Below, piece by piece: positions 53,533 through 61,874 of a stretch of DNA of 64,000 bases (the stretch's first letter is position 1; each line of letters starts with the position of its first letter). Source of the DNA: a virus. The DNA lies in the IMG/VR virus record IMGVR_UViG_3300036771_000090, positions 13,805 to 77,804 of that record, one strand, 5' to 3'. The notes under the pieces are model-generated. The model was not told the DNA's origin and searched no databases. It worked only from the letters and a program-made list of their open reading frames with translations. A program made the translations under genes and the position numbers.

Positions 53533-53756
53533 CGGTCCAGCTCCTTCACGGTGTCCTGCGGCAGAGCCGGAGACAGACGGTCCGATACGTCCACGGTCAG
53601 TTCCGCGGAGCGCAGCGTCCCACCGAAGGACGTGCTGACGCTGAAGCACTCCAGCCCCGTGGCGCCGGCCCGGCGCGCCTCCGCGCACAGGGACTCCATC
53701 CGCTCCAGCGTCAGCCCGCTCTTGTCCGTCTCACCGATCTTGACTGTAGCCGCCAT
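53529..53756 (-). CDS. Hypothetical protein
   Basis: Coupled ORF. Confidence 0.6.
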   Translation of the reverse strand: MAATVKIGETDKSGLTLERMESLCAEARRAGATGLECFSVSTSFGGTLRSAELTVDVSDRLSPALPQDTVKELDR

Positions 53757-53983
53757 CAGGGGGTGCCTCCCTCATTCCAGATGATCTCCGAGTAGAGCAG
53801 GTACGTCAGCGGAACGTCGTCCACGTCCGGCTGGCACCTGTGGATCAGGTTCTCCATGTCCTGGTCCGAATCGAGCGGCCGGCCGATCTGGAGGACACCG
53901 GAGATGCCCGCGGGCAGTCCGCCGGCCGATCCGGTCGCGTGGTAGACGTAGCCGTACAGGCCGTTCACCCCCGGTTCACCCAT
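53756..53983 (-). CDS. Hypothetical protein
   Basis: Coupled ORF. Confidence 0.55.
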   Translation of the reverse strand: MGEPGVNGLYGYVYHATGSAGGLPAGISGVLQIGRPLDSDQDMENLIHRCQPDVDDVPLTYLLYSEIIWNEGGTP

Positions 53984-54102
53984 TCCACATACGGATCGAC
54001 GGCCCAGCCGGGCCCGCGGCCGGTGGCCATCCAGACCACTACCTCCACCAGGACCAGCACGGTGAAAACCGGGATCGCCGTCAGACGCTTCAGGATGCCC
54101 AT
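53965..54102 (-). CDS. Small single-TM protein
   Basis: MGILKRLTAIPVFTVLVLVEVVVWMATG. Confidence 0.5.
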   Translation of the reverse strand: MGILKRLTAIPVFTVLVLVEVVVWMATGRGPGWAVDPYVEWVNRG

Positions 54103-54104
54103 GG

Positions 54105-54770
54105 TCACCGCCCCCGGTCCGCGCGGCCGGCGGTGGACGTGGCGGGATGCGCGTTCCAGCGCCACGTCCTGCGGTCCAGGTGTTCGAACTTCGCGCCGGC
54201 GTCCAGCAGCCTGATCAGATAGTCTTCGTCCTCCCCGCGGTACCGGCCGTCTTCGAGCCGGTGACCTTCCCGGAAGCCTCCGATCTCCCGGACCAGTCCG
54301 GTACGCACCAGGTGCGTCATCGGGATGAAACTCCCCTGGCGCCGCAGGTGCGCTTCCTGCTCCGGGCCGAAGCGCAGCCCCCAGGGATAGGTGAGCTGAC
54401 CCTGGAAGGTGACTGCGGTGGGGTCGGCGCCGCCGGCCATCACCGGGACGGGGTACACCAGATCCACGTCCGGGTTCATCTCCAGGACGCGCATACAGAC
54501 CCGGATGTGGTGCGGCAGGAATTCGTCGTCGTCGTCCAGCCACGCCACCACGTCTGTCTCCACACGCGCCACGGCCCGGCTGCGCGCCTGTGCGGCACCG
54601 GTGCGGGTGGTGTCCCGCTCCACCACCACCTGGTCCGGGAACCGGGTCTGGGCACGCACCGACGCCATGGCGCGCTCGAAGAGCGCTTCGCGGCCGGGGA
54701 TTGTCGGGATCACCACGGCCACGGTCAGGTGACGGGAGTTGCGCCCGGCGCGGCGCTTCGCCTCACCCAT
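54105..54770 (-). CDS. Glycosyltransferase family 2
   Basis: VVIPT, WLDDDDE, GEDED. Confidence 0.9.
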   Translation of the reverse strand: MGEAKRRAGRNSRHLTVAVVIPTIPGREALFERAMASVRAQTRFPDQVVVERDTTRTGAAQARSRAVARVETDVVAWLDDDDEFLPHHIRVCMRVLEMNPDVDLVYPVPVMAGGADPTAVTFQGQLTYPWGLRFGPEQEAHLRRQGSFIPMTHLVRTGLVREIGGFREGHRLEDGRYRGEDEDYLIRLLDAGAKFEHLDRRTWRWNAHPATSTAGRADRGR

Positions 54771-55656
54771 CGGTGTCCTCCTTCGGGAAGCAGCGCGCGA
54801 TGCCTTCTTCCAGCGTCACGCGCGGTGTGTACACGGTCTGGAGCAGTTCAGGGTCTCCGACGCGGTACGCGACGCCCGACGGCTTGCCGGGATCGGGGAG
54901 GATCTGGTCCGGGGTGTAGCCGGCCGCCGCGCAGACCAGCTCCGCCAGACGCGTGAAGGACGTCGGGATGCCGGTGGCGATGTTGACCGGGATCTCCGCG
55001 TCCGCTCCGGCCAGCGCCAGGGTGGCGGCCACGATGTCATCGACGTGGACGAAGTCCCGGACACAGTCCCCGCACCACAGGCCGAAGGGGTCTTCCCGGC
55101 GCCGGGCCCGCTCGATGAACGCCCGGAAGGGGTACGTGTCGTCCTGGTCCTCTCCGTAACCGGAGAACGGCCGGACCACGGTGACCGGAACGCCGGCGTC
55201 CCGGAGCCGGTCGGCCATCTGCTCCCCGACCACCTTGGACAGGCCGTACAACTGGTCGGGCTCCGCGCCGTTCATCATGTGCTCTGTGAGGCTGTAGCGG
55301 TGGGCCGCGTCCTGGAGCCAGACCGGGTACGCCGCGGAGCTGGAGAAGTAGACCACCCGGCCGGGACGGGCGGCTGCGGCCCAGTGGAACATCTCCGCGT
55401 CCAGGGCGAAGTTGACCGAAGTGGCCAGCGGACTGCCGTCGATCGTCTCCCGGCCGCCGATGACGGCCGCCGCGTGGACGACCAGGTCGTACCGGCCGGG
55501 CACCCGGGCTCCGATGTTCCGGGTGAAGTACGCCCGGCAGTCCTGGGAGCTGGTCCGTTTGGTGTCCAGGCCGGTGACGTCGTACCCGCGTGCCTCCAGC
55601 TCCGTGCGGAAATGGCGGCCCAGGAAGCCCAGGTCCCCCGTGATCAGCGCTCTCAC
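54763..55656 (-). CDS. NAD-dependent epimerase/dehydratase
   Basis: TGDLGFLG, HAAA, SSSAAY, YGLSK, RPFSGYG, RDFVHVDD. Confidence 0.9.
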   Translation of the reverse strand: MRALITGDLGFLGRHFRTELEARGYDVTGLDTKRTSSQDCRAYFTRNIGARVPGRYDLVVHAAAVIGGRETIDGSPLATSVNFALDAEMFHWAAAARPGRVVYFSSSAAYPVWLQDAAHRYSLTEHMMNGAEPDQLYGLSKVVGEQMADRLRDAGVPVTVVRPFSGYGEDQDDTYPFRAFIERARRREDPFGLWCGDCVRDFVHVDDIVAATLALAGADAEIPVNIATGIPTSFTRLAELVCAAAGYTPDQILPDPGKPSGVAYRVGDPELLQTVYTPRVTLEEGIARCFPKEDTDG

Positions 55657-55976
55657 TTCTCCTCCAGGTGCAGAATGTGGACCAGGTGGTAATGGCCGCG
55701 GTAGCCGGCCCGGGTCCAGAAGGTCCGGCCGCAGCCGTCTTCCGGACAGACCTTCTTCAGGGACGTGCCCTGGAGCCGGTACGCCGGGATGAGCACCGGC
55801 CGGCCGCGCAGTTCCTGTTCGGCCCGGATGTGGTCCAGCGCGTAGTGGCCGCGGTAGCCGGCCCGGGTGAACCAGCCCCGGCCGCAGTCGCAAGTCACCA
55901 GGAAGACACCGTGGAACGGCTCCGGCACGGCCGGGGACCAGCCGCCCCGGGTGTTGGTCTGCCCGGTGCTGCTCAC
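55653..55976 (-). CDS. Tandem C2H2 zinc-finger protein
   Basis: CDCGRGWFTRAGYRGHYALDH and CPEDGCGRTFWTRAGYRGHYHLVH. Confidence 0.75.
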   Translation of the reverse strand: MSSTGQTNTRGGWSPAVPEPFHGVFLVTCDCGRGWFTRAGYRGHYALDHIRAEQELRGRPVLIPAYRLQGTSLKKVCPEDGCGRTFWTRAGYRGHYHLVHILHLEEK

Positions 55977-56125
55977 CGCACGGTCCTTCCGCAGTCGGGG
56001 CAGACCGCGGAGGCGAACTGCGGCCCTGGAGCATGGCCCCATACAGGGCAGATAAACGCCTGATATACGCGGCGCCGGACCGGCCGGTACTGGCGCGACG
56101 GACGCACCCCGCGCCGGCTCTTCAC
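55973..56125 (-). CDS. Small basic Cys/His protein
   Basis: ICPVWGH...CPDCG. Confidence 0.5.
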   Translation of the reverse strand: MKSRRGVRPSRQYRPVRRRVYQAFICPVWGHAPGPQFASAVCPDCGRTVR

Positions 56126-56730
56126 CAGTTGCTCCCGGAGCCGGACGTGTTGCCGCCGTGCCAGCGCCACTCCCAGGTCCGGCCGGAGTGGTGGACGAAC
56201 TTCGCGCCGGCATCCAGCAGCTTGATCCACATCCCCCAGTCCTCACAGGGGTTGGCGGGGTCTCCGCGGTGCTCGAAGCCGCCGGCCCGGTGCAGCAGCT
56301 CCGTACGGGCCAGGACGGTGATCGGGATGTAGTTCTGGCGCTCCCGGATCACCTCCTCCCGGAACGGCTGGCCTTCGTACTCCGGGAAGGGATCGAATCC
56401 GCGGGGGACGTCGAACCAGGGGTACACCACGTCCGCGCCGGTGCTCTGTGCCGTGTCCAGGAGCGCGCGCAGATGGCCCGGGTACCAGACGTCGTCGGAG
56501 TCCAGGAAGGCCGTCCAGCGCGTGTTCACCACTTCCAGGGCTCGGTTGCGGGTGACGGCCGCTCCTTCGTGGAGCACGTCCACCGCCACGGAGAGCGCGG
56601 CTGCGGGCTGGGTCTGCTTCGACACGCTGGCCACGGCCTGGCCCAGCATCCCGTTCAGGAGGTTCGGGTGGTGGGCCGGGATCACGGCGGTGACGCCGGG
56701 CCGGTAGAAGTTGGTCTCTCGCTGGGTCAT
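56122..56730 (-). CDS. Glycosyltransferase family 2
   Basis: AVIPAH, FLDSDD, CEDW. Confidence 0.9.
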   Translation of the reverse strand: MTQRETNFYRPGVTAVIPAHHPNLLNGMLGQAVASVSKQTQPAAALSVAVDVLHEGAAVTRNRALEVVNTRWTAFLDSDDVWYPGHLRALLDTAQSTGADVVYPWFDVPRGFDPFPEYEGQPFREEVIRERQNYIPITVLARTELLHRAGGFEHRGDPANPCEDWGMWIKLLDAGAKFVHHSGRTWEWRWHGGNTSGSGSNW

Positions 56731-57401
56731 CGGTGCGCCATCCACATCTGGAAGCGGTAGGGGGAGCCGGCGAACTGCGGGGTGAACACGGTGTGGTCGT
56801 AGACCTTCCACCCGGCGGTGTGGAGCATCCGGGAGATGTCCAGACAGTCCCATCCCCAGTAGTGCTCCGGGTTCATCGCGGGATCGGTTTCCCCGTCCGG
56901 TGTGGTGATCAGGATGTTCCGGGACTTGGTGCGGACCGCGGCCAGGAAGGTGTCCGGGTCGTCCAGGTGCTCCAGCGTTTCGGAGCACACGAACAGGTCC
57001 ACGTCCCGCATCGCCTCCAGGGTCTGCTCCACGGGCCCTTCGTGGAGTTCGATCCGTGACGCCAGATGGAAGACGGTGTTCGGCATCTCCACCCCGGAAC
57101 GGACCTGGGAGCCGCGGGTGATCGAGTCGGAGAGCTTCAGGTCCCCCAGCACGACGGTCCAGTACCGCTTCAGGTCACTGGACAGGATTTTCTCCACGAT
57201 GGCCGCGTCACCGCACGACAGGTCGGCTACGGAACCGGCCATCACCAGACCGCTGTCCAGGTGCTTGCGGACGAAGTCCGCCGTGGCGGCAACGCGCTCG
57301 ATGTGGTCAGGCCACTGGGTGTGCTGGTAGCCGTCCGGGTAGCGGCCGGCGTAGAACTCCCGCGCGTCGGGGTATGCCTCCCGGAGCCGGACGCGCGTCA
57401 C
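56727..57401 (-). CDS. Class I SAM-dependent methyltransferase
   Basis: ADLSCGDA, SETLEHLDDP, EHYWGW. Confidence 0.85.
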   Translation of the reverse strand: MTRVRLREAYPDAREFYAGRYPDGYQHTQWPDHIERVAATADFVRKHLDSGLVMAGSVADLSCGDAAIVEKILSSDLKRYWTVVLGDLKLSDSITRGSQVRSGVEMPNTVFHLASRIELHEGPVEQTLEAMRDVDLFVCSETLEHLDDPDTFLAAVRTKSRNILITTPDGETDPAMNPEHYWGWDCLDISRMLHTAGWKVYDHTVFTPQFAGSPYRFQMWMAHR

Positions 57402-58090
57402 CGGCCGTACTCCGCGTTCACGCGCGACAGGGCCGCACTCAGACCGCCTTCGGCCGCGTCCCGGTAGGCCAGCCAGGCTCCGCGGTCCGCGGAGTCCACT
57501 TCCGGGGCGTTGGCCTCCCGGTACGTCTGGTCCATGCCCGCTTTGCCGTTGGCCGGGTGGATGTGCTCGATGACGACGTCCGGCAGGTAGACCAGGCCGT
57601 CCAGGCGCTCCCCCAGCTCCTTCCAGAAGTTGTCCAGGTACAGGTGGATCATCCCGGGCGGCACCATGTAGCCCAGCGCCCGGACGATCCGGGACTGAAG
57701 GAAGACCGCTGTGGGGAGGTTGGGCCCCTGGAGCAGGTCGTTCCCGTAGACCACCCGGGGCTGGAGGCTGTCCAGCATGGTCAGGACGGCCGCGTCCCAG
57801 CCGACAGTCCGGGGGAGGTGGTCGTCCCCCATGAAGCCCAGCGCGTCGTACTGGTGCGCGTTGACCGCGGCCATGTCGTTCAGGGTGGGCCCCAGGCGCT
57901 TGCGGTGGACGATGGCCAGTTGCGGCAGGTCCAGCCGGACGTATTCCATGCACTTGGGGTCGTCGTCGTCCACGACGTACAGGAAGTCCACTTCCGGCCC
58001 CATCACCGACATGGCGGAACGTGCCTCCTCCAGCCGGGCCACGTTCTCCGGCCGGCCGCGGGACGGCACGATCACCAGCATTCTGATCAT
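57398..58090 (-). CDS. Glycosyltransferase (GT-A fold)
   Basis: VPSRGRP, VDDDDP, GFMGDDH, HLYLDN, IEHIH. Confidence 0.85.
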   Translation of the reverse strand: MIRMLVIVPSRGRPENVARLEEARSAMSVMGPEVDFLYVVDDDDPKCMEYVRLDLPQLAIVHRKRLGPTLNDMAAVNAHQYDALGFMGDDHLPRTVGWDAAVLTMLDSLQPRVVYGNDLLQGPNLPTAVFLQSRIVRALGYMVPPGMIHLYLDNFWKELGERLDGLVYLPDVVIEHIHPANGKAGMDQTYREANAPEVDSADRGAWLAYRDAAEGGLSAALSRVNAEYGR

Positions 58091-58443
58091 TCCCCGGTTC
58101 CTTTCTCCATCGGTTCACGGGTCTCCGCCTTCGCGCGGAGTGGCTGGATTCGGGTCATGGTCCGGGTAGTGGCGGAACCGGAGAACGCGGCCACGGCCGC
58201 CTCCAGCTCCGCCATCCGGGTGACTATGGAATGGAGCGTGTTCACCGTGGCCACCGCGGTCAGCGGCTGGCCAGTGATCACGGCAATCTCCGCCAGCTTC
58301 AGCGCGGTGTCCTGGTCGTAGGGGTAGCCGTCCACAGTCCAGACCCGTCCGGAGTCGGCCGGGTCGAAGTCGGCTCCAGAATCGGAGTACGCACCGGTGG
58401 TGAGAGCGCGGATCACGTCCGCGTGCGCCGGTCTGCCGGTCAC
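58087..58443 (-). CDS. Hypothetical protein
   Basis: GTGA coupling. Confidence 0.55.
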   Translation of the reverse strand: MTGRPAHADVIRALTTGAYSDSGADFDPADSGRVWTVDGYPYDQDTALKLAEIAVITGQPLTAVATVNTLHSIVTRMAELEAAVAAFSGSATTRTMTRIQPLRAKAETREPMEKGTGE

Positions 58444-58694
58444 GGGCACGGCTCCTCCGTCCTGGCAGTCCACACGCTGGTCCCGGTCTCGCTGTCCAGG
58501 CAGCGCTTCACCTCTCCGCTGCCGGCCAGCCGGGACAGTGCCAGGTACGTCAGCGACGGGGACAGGCCCAGTGCCTCCGCGATCTGGTTCCTGCTCTTGG
58601 CTCCGTTCTCCTCCAGGTAGGTGAAGATCGTCGCGTCTCGCTTGATGTTGACCTCCGGCCGGGGTCGTCCGCGCCGGGCGGCTTCTTCAGCCAT
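58440..58694 (-). CDS. Winged-helix DNA-binding protein with AT-hook-like RGRPR
   Basis: RRGRPRP...SRNQIAEALGL...YLALSRL. Confidence 0.8.
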   Translation of the reverse strand: MAEEAARRGRPRPEVNIKRDATIFTYLEENGAKSRNQIAEALGLSPSLTYLALSRLAGSGEVKRCLDSETGTSVWTARTEEPCP

Positions 58695-58710
58695 CAGGGG
58701 CTCCTTTGCT

Positions 58711-58727
58711 TTAGTCGAATCGACTAA
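58711..58727. promoter_or_regulatory. Perfect palindromic operator
   Basis: TTAGTCGA-A-TCGACTAA between a TACAGT -10 and the RBS of the wHTH gene. Confidence 0.65.
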
Positions 58728-58734
58728 CTGTAGC

Positions 58735-59289
58735 TCACCGGGCGTTTCCGGACTGCTGCGCGGAGTACAGCGCGTACAGGTCGGCCGGAGTGACGTCCCC
58801 TTCCCACCGGCCGTCATCGAACAGGCGCCAGCCGCCTTCCAGCGCGGCGTGGTCCGCCAACTGTGAACAGATCATGTGGTTCCCGTCGCGGATGTACTTG
58901 CGCAGGTGCGGGGCAGGGATGTGGAAGCGGTGGAGCGCTATGGCCAGGTAGTCCAGCGCGCTGTACGGGACTCCGCGCAGACGTCCGGCTGCGATGGCCA
59001 CCGCGTTCCGCTTGTCGTCCGGGCAGCGCAGGTACACCGCTCCCAGGCCGTCGTACCGGGACAGCGGGGAGAGCAGCGCGCCGCCGGGCATGGCTTCGAT
59101 GATCGCCTGTCCGTCGTTCCAGTCCTCCGTGGACGGTTCGACCACGACGAAGGCGTGTTCGAAGTCGGAGAAGCCGTCACCGTTGAGCCACTGGCCGAAG
59201 CGGATCAGGCGTCCGACGGTTCCGGGCATCTTCACCAGCCCGATGTCCCCGGGCCGGGGTTCGTACGTCTCGGTGGGTCCGAGTATCAT
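58735..59289 (-). CDS. Permuted papain-like (NlpC/P60, YiiX-type) enzyme
   Basis: PGDI, EHAFV, IIEA, PYS, ICSQL (His precedes Cys). Confidence 0.8.
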   Translation of the reverse strand: MILGPTETYEPRPGDIGLVKMPGTVGRLIRFGQWLNGDGFSDFEHAFVVVEPSTEDWNDGQAIIEAMPGGALLSPLSRYDGLGAVYLRCPDDKRNAVAIAAGRLRGVPYSALDYLAIALHRFHIPAPHLRKYIRDGNHMICSQLADHAALEGGWRLFDDGRWEGDVTPADLYALYSAQQSGNAR

Positions 59290-59407
59290 GATCTCCTCTT
59301 TCGGGGCAGGAAACTGGACGGCCCCCGGTGGTGAGGGTGGGAGGACACCTCACGACCGGGGGCCGCTTGTCGCAGATGGAGCAGGTACCGCGGTGGTACG
59401 GGACGGG

Positions 59408-59497
59408 CTACCCCCGGCCGCCCGGGGGCGGTGTCTTCGGGATGTCGGGCTCTGTGGTGCACCCGCCTTTGCGGCAGTTGGGAACCGAACAGCTCAT
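59408..59497 (-). CDS. Possible 29-aa Cys/Pro peptide
   Basis: MSCSVPNCRKGGCTTEPDIPKTPPPGGRG; AGGGGG RBS; TTGCGC...TATAGT upstream. Confidence 0.35.
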   Translation of the reverse strand: MSCSVPNCRKGGCTTEPDIPKTPPPGGRG

Positions 59498-59572
59498 AGG
59501 ACCCCCTGGTGGGACTTCCGGGATTTCCTTTTACTGGTTCGACTATATTGGCTGTACGGCCGGGCGCAAGAC

Positions 59573-60037
59573 TCAGGACCGTTCGGTGTCCACACCGGGA
59601 TCATCCAGGAACTGCTCCAGCGCGGTGCCGATGCCGTTGTCCTGCTCCCCGGCCTGCTCCAGCATCTCCTGGACCGGCTTGGACAGGAACCGGCCGCGTC
59701 CGGCGCCGGGGCTGGAGAGCATGAACACCGCCTCCATGGCGTCCCGTGCCTCCCGCAGCTTGGTCCGGTCGGTCTCCCCGGGCATGTTGGACATGCCGGA
59801 GGTGAGCACGGAGTACCGGGACCCGGCTGTGGCGAACACGGCCGTCTCGAACCACCGGCACGCCGTGCACGGCCGGCCGTCGGTGAACCGGCCCGTGTGG
59901 CTGTGGACCTCCTGGCGCGTGCTGGCGAACCCCAGCAGCCGGCCGGCGAAGTCCGCCGTGCCGGTGCTGCTCAGGGGGATGACCCAGCTTCCTTCGGTCC
60001 CGACGTCTTCCGGTTCCGGATGCCCGTGTACGGCCAT
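59573..60037 (-). CDS. Hypothetical protein
   Basis: CTACRW; strong RBS. Confidence 0.7.
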   Translation of the reverse strand: MAVHGHPEPEDVGTEGSWVIPLSSTGTADFAGRLLGFASTRQEVHSHTGRFTDGRPCTACRWFETAVFATAGSRYSVLTSGMSNMPGETDRTKLREARDAMEAVFMLSSPGAGRGRFLSKPVQEMLEQAGEQDNGIGTALEQFLDDPGVDTERS

Positions 60038-60093
60038 GGTGTGTCCTCCTCTTCCTCGTTCCTTGCTGCCCAGTGAAGCACGGACGGAGCCGG

Positions 60094-60336
60094 TCAGCCC
60101 CCGGTGGCCGGGGGCTGCGGCTCCTGGTCCGACGGCTCCCCGGGGAAGTCCTCCCCCATGAAGTCGTTGGCCTGTTCGTCGCGCTGAGCCAGGAGCCAGG
60201 CGTCCAGGGCCCAGCGCAGCGGGACGGAGGCTTCGGTCTGGTAGTGGGTTGCCGCGCGTTCGTACGCGGCCTTCATCTCCGGAGTCACGGCCAGAGAGAT
60301 GTGGGCGGTGTACCGTCGTGTTCCTTTAGCTGCCAT
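60094..60336 (-). CDS. Ribbon-helix-helix-like regulator
   Basis: ISLAVTPEMKAAY...SVPLRWAL. Confidence 0.6.
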   Translation of the reverse strand: MAAKGTRRYTAHISLAVTPEMKAAYERAATHYQTEASVPLRWALDAWLLAQRDEQANDFMGEDFPGEPSDQEPQPPATGG

Positions 60337-60387
60337 GACTTAAACGGTACGCTGTCTGTACCATAAGATGCAAGCCTAGGGGACACG

Positions 60388-60975
60388 ATGACACAGATCA
60401 AAATCGGATCGGCGGACCTGTCGATCACCTGTACCGGCTTCGCGCGGACCGACGGGACCACGGGTCTGATCAAGACGAAGACGGGTGACGGGGACCGGCG
60501 GCTGGTCATCATCCGGAACGCGCTGCTGGCGGAGATCTCCGACGCGGACGTGGTAGTCATCGAAGACGCCCCCACGGGCCTGAAGGGCAACGCGGCGAAG
60601 GCGATCCTCCATCTCCAGGGAGCGGTCCGGGCGGAGCTGCTGTCCCGCGGCATCCCGTACGTGGAGATCGCCCCGTCCACCCTGAAGAAGTACGCCACCG
60701 GCAACGGGAGCGCCACCAAGTCCGACATGGCCATGGCCGCGTACAAGCGGGCCGGGATGGAGTTCGAGAAGGACCGGACCGGGGACCAGGCTGACGCGTG
60801 GTGGCTGCGCTGTGCGGGGCTGGACCGGTACTCCGCGGACGGCGGCCTGTCCTTCGTACTGCCCGCGGACCAGCGCGCCGCGCTGGGGAAGGCACAGTGG
60901 CCGGAGCCGGTGCGGTACTGCCCGGTGTGCGCGGGCTTCTCCCCGGTGCTCCACCGCAACTGTGTCCTGCGCTGA
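60388..60975 (+). CDS. RuvC-like Holliday junction resolvase
   Basis: DLSITCTG, VVIED, PSTLKKYATGNGSATK, DQADA. Confidence 0.88.
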   Translation: MTQIKIGSADLSITCTGFARTDGTTGLIKTKTGDGDRRLVIIRNALLAEISDADVVVIEDAPTGLKGNAAKAILHLQGAVRAELLSRGIPYVEIAPSTLKKYATGNGSATKSDMAMAAYKRAGMEFEKDRTGDQADAWWLRCAGLDRYSADGGLSFVLPADQRAALGKAQWPEPVRYCPVCAGFSPVLHRNCVLR

Positions 60976-60991
60976 CCGGTCCGCGGACAGC

Positions 60992-61027
60992 GGAAAGCCC
61001 CGCTCCGGGGGGAGGAGCGGGGCTTCC
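60992..61027. terminator. Bidirectional terminator
   Basis: AAGCCCCGCTCC...GGAGCGGGGCTT between convergent genes. Confidence 0.6.
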
Positions 61028-61081
61028 TTGTGGCGCCGGGCGGAAGGGCGGTTCGGGGAGTCCCGCCGGGCGCCGGTCCGG

Positions 61082-61714
61082 TCAGGCCCAGGGGTCGTCC
61101 GCCGGCGCCGCTCCGACGGCCGCCGGGGTCTGGTCCTGCGCGGTGCCGGCGGCTTCGTCGGAGAAGTCGTCCAGGACACCCTTGGCCGCATCGGCGTTCT
61201 GGTCCGCCGGGGTCCACTTCGCGGTGTGGGTGTGGGCCCGGTAGCCCTTCGGGGTCTTCCGGTCGGGACCGCGGGTGATCTCCACCAGCGCCCCGACTTC
61301 GAGCACGGCCGCGGAGCCGTCCAGGTTCTTCGCCTTCGCCAGCGCCTGGGACAGCGCCTTCTGGACGCTGCTCTTGGCGTAGATGGTCCGTACGCCGTCG
61401 TCGTCCGGCAGGGGGACTTCCACGTACGCGTTGGACTCCCACTTGTGTCCGATGACCGGGCCCTGGATCTCCAGGAGGAGCTGGCGCGCCTCACGCGGCT
61501 TCGGGGTCGGCTTCAGGTCCGACTCCTTCACCAGTGCCTTGCCCTGCCAGTACAGCGCCTCCCCGGAGTCGTTGTCCGTCTGGGTCCGCATGGACCAGCC
61601 GGTGACCGTGCCGCGGACGGTGTACCCGTCCCTGGGCCACTGGGCCGGGGTCGTTCCGCCGGAGAGGAATCCCCGGGCTTCCTTGTCTTCGTCGTCGCCG
61701 AACGGGTCGCTCAT
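61082..61714 (-). CDS. Phage ssDNA-binding protein-like
   Basis: FLSGG...G.TV.G.V...QTD...DDG.RTIYAK; acidic tail ending DDPWA. Confidence 0.7.
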   Translation of the reverse strand: MSDPFGDDEDKEARGFLSGGTTPAQWPRDGYTVRGTVTGWSMRTQTDNDSGEALYWQGKALVKESDLKPTPKPREARQLLLEIQGPVIGHKWESNAYVEVPLPDDDGVRTIYAKSSVQKALSQALAKAKNLDGSAAVLEVGALVEITRGPDRKTPKGYRAHTHTAKWTPADQNADAAKGVLDDFSDEAAGTAQDQTPAAVGAAPADDPWA

Positions 61715-61765
61715 GATCTGTTCCTCCGGTACGCCTTTTTCGCCTTTTCACCGTTGATGATGCCT

Positions 61766-61867
61766 GGCGGGTTACCACGTCTCCCGCCCCTGGGGGTCGC
61801 TGATCGCTGCGGCTGCCGGTTGTCTCCCCGGTGCCGTCCACGGCGGTTGTCTCTCCACCGCCCCCAG
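61766..61867 (-). ncRNA. Multi-hairpin structured RNA with GGAGAC-type loops
   Basis: Three hairpins with loops GGAGAGACA, GGAGACAA, AGACGTGGTAA. Confidence 0.35.
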
Positions 61868-61874
61868 CCCTTAC

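Larger units (their letters stand above)
52070..53560. repeat. Dense bidirectional GGACA/TGTCC motif array
   Basis: About 70 copies counted by eye; absent from the TM-coding stretch ~52640-53000. Confidence 0.9.

Noticed and set aside
54105-58090. DNA hypermodification cluster
   Set aside because: No hydroxymethylase, TET/JBP, kinase or thymidylate synthase homolog in the window; disfavoured but not excluded
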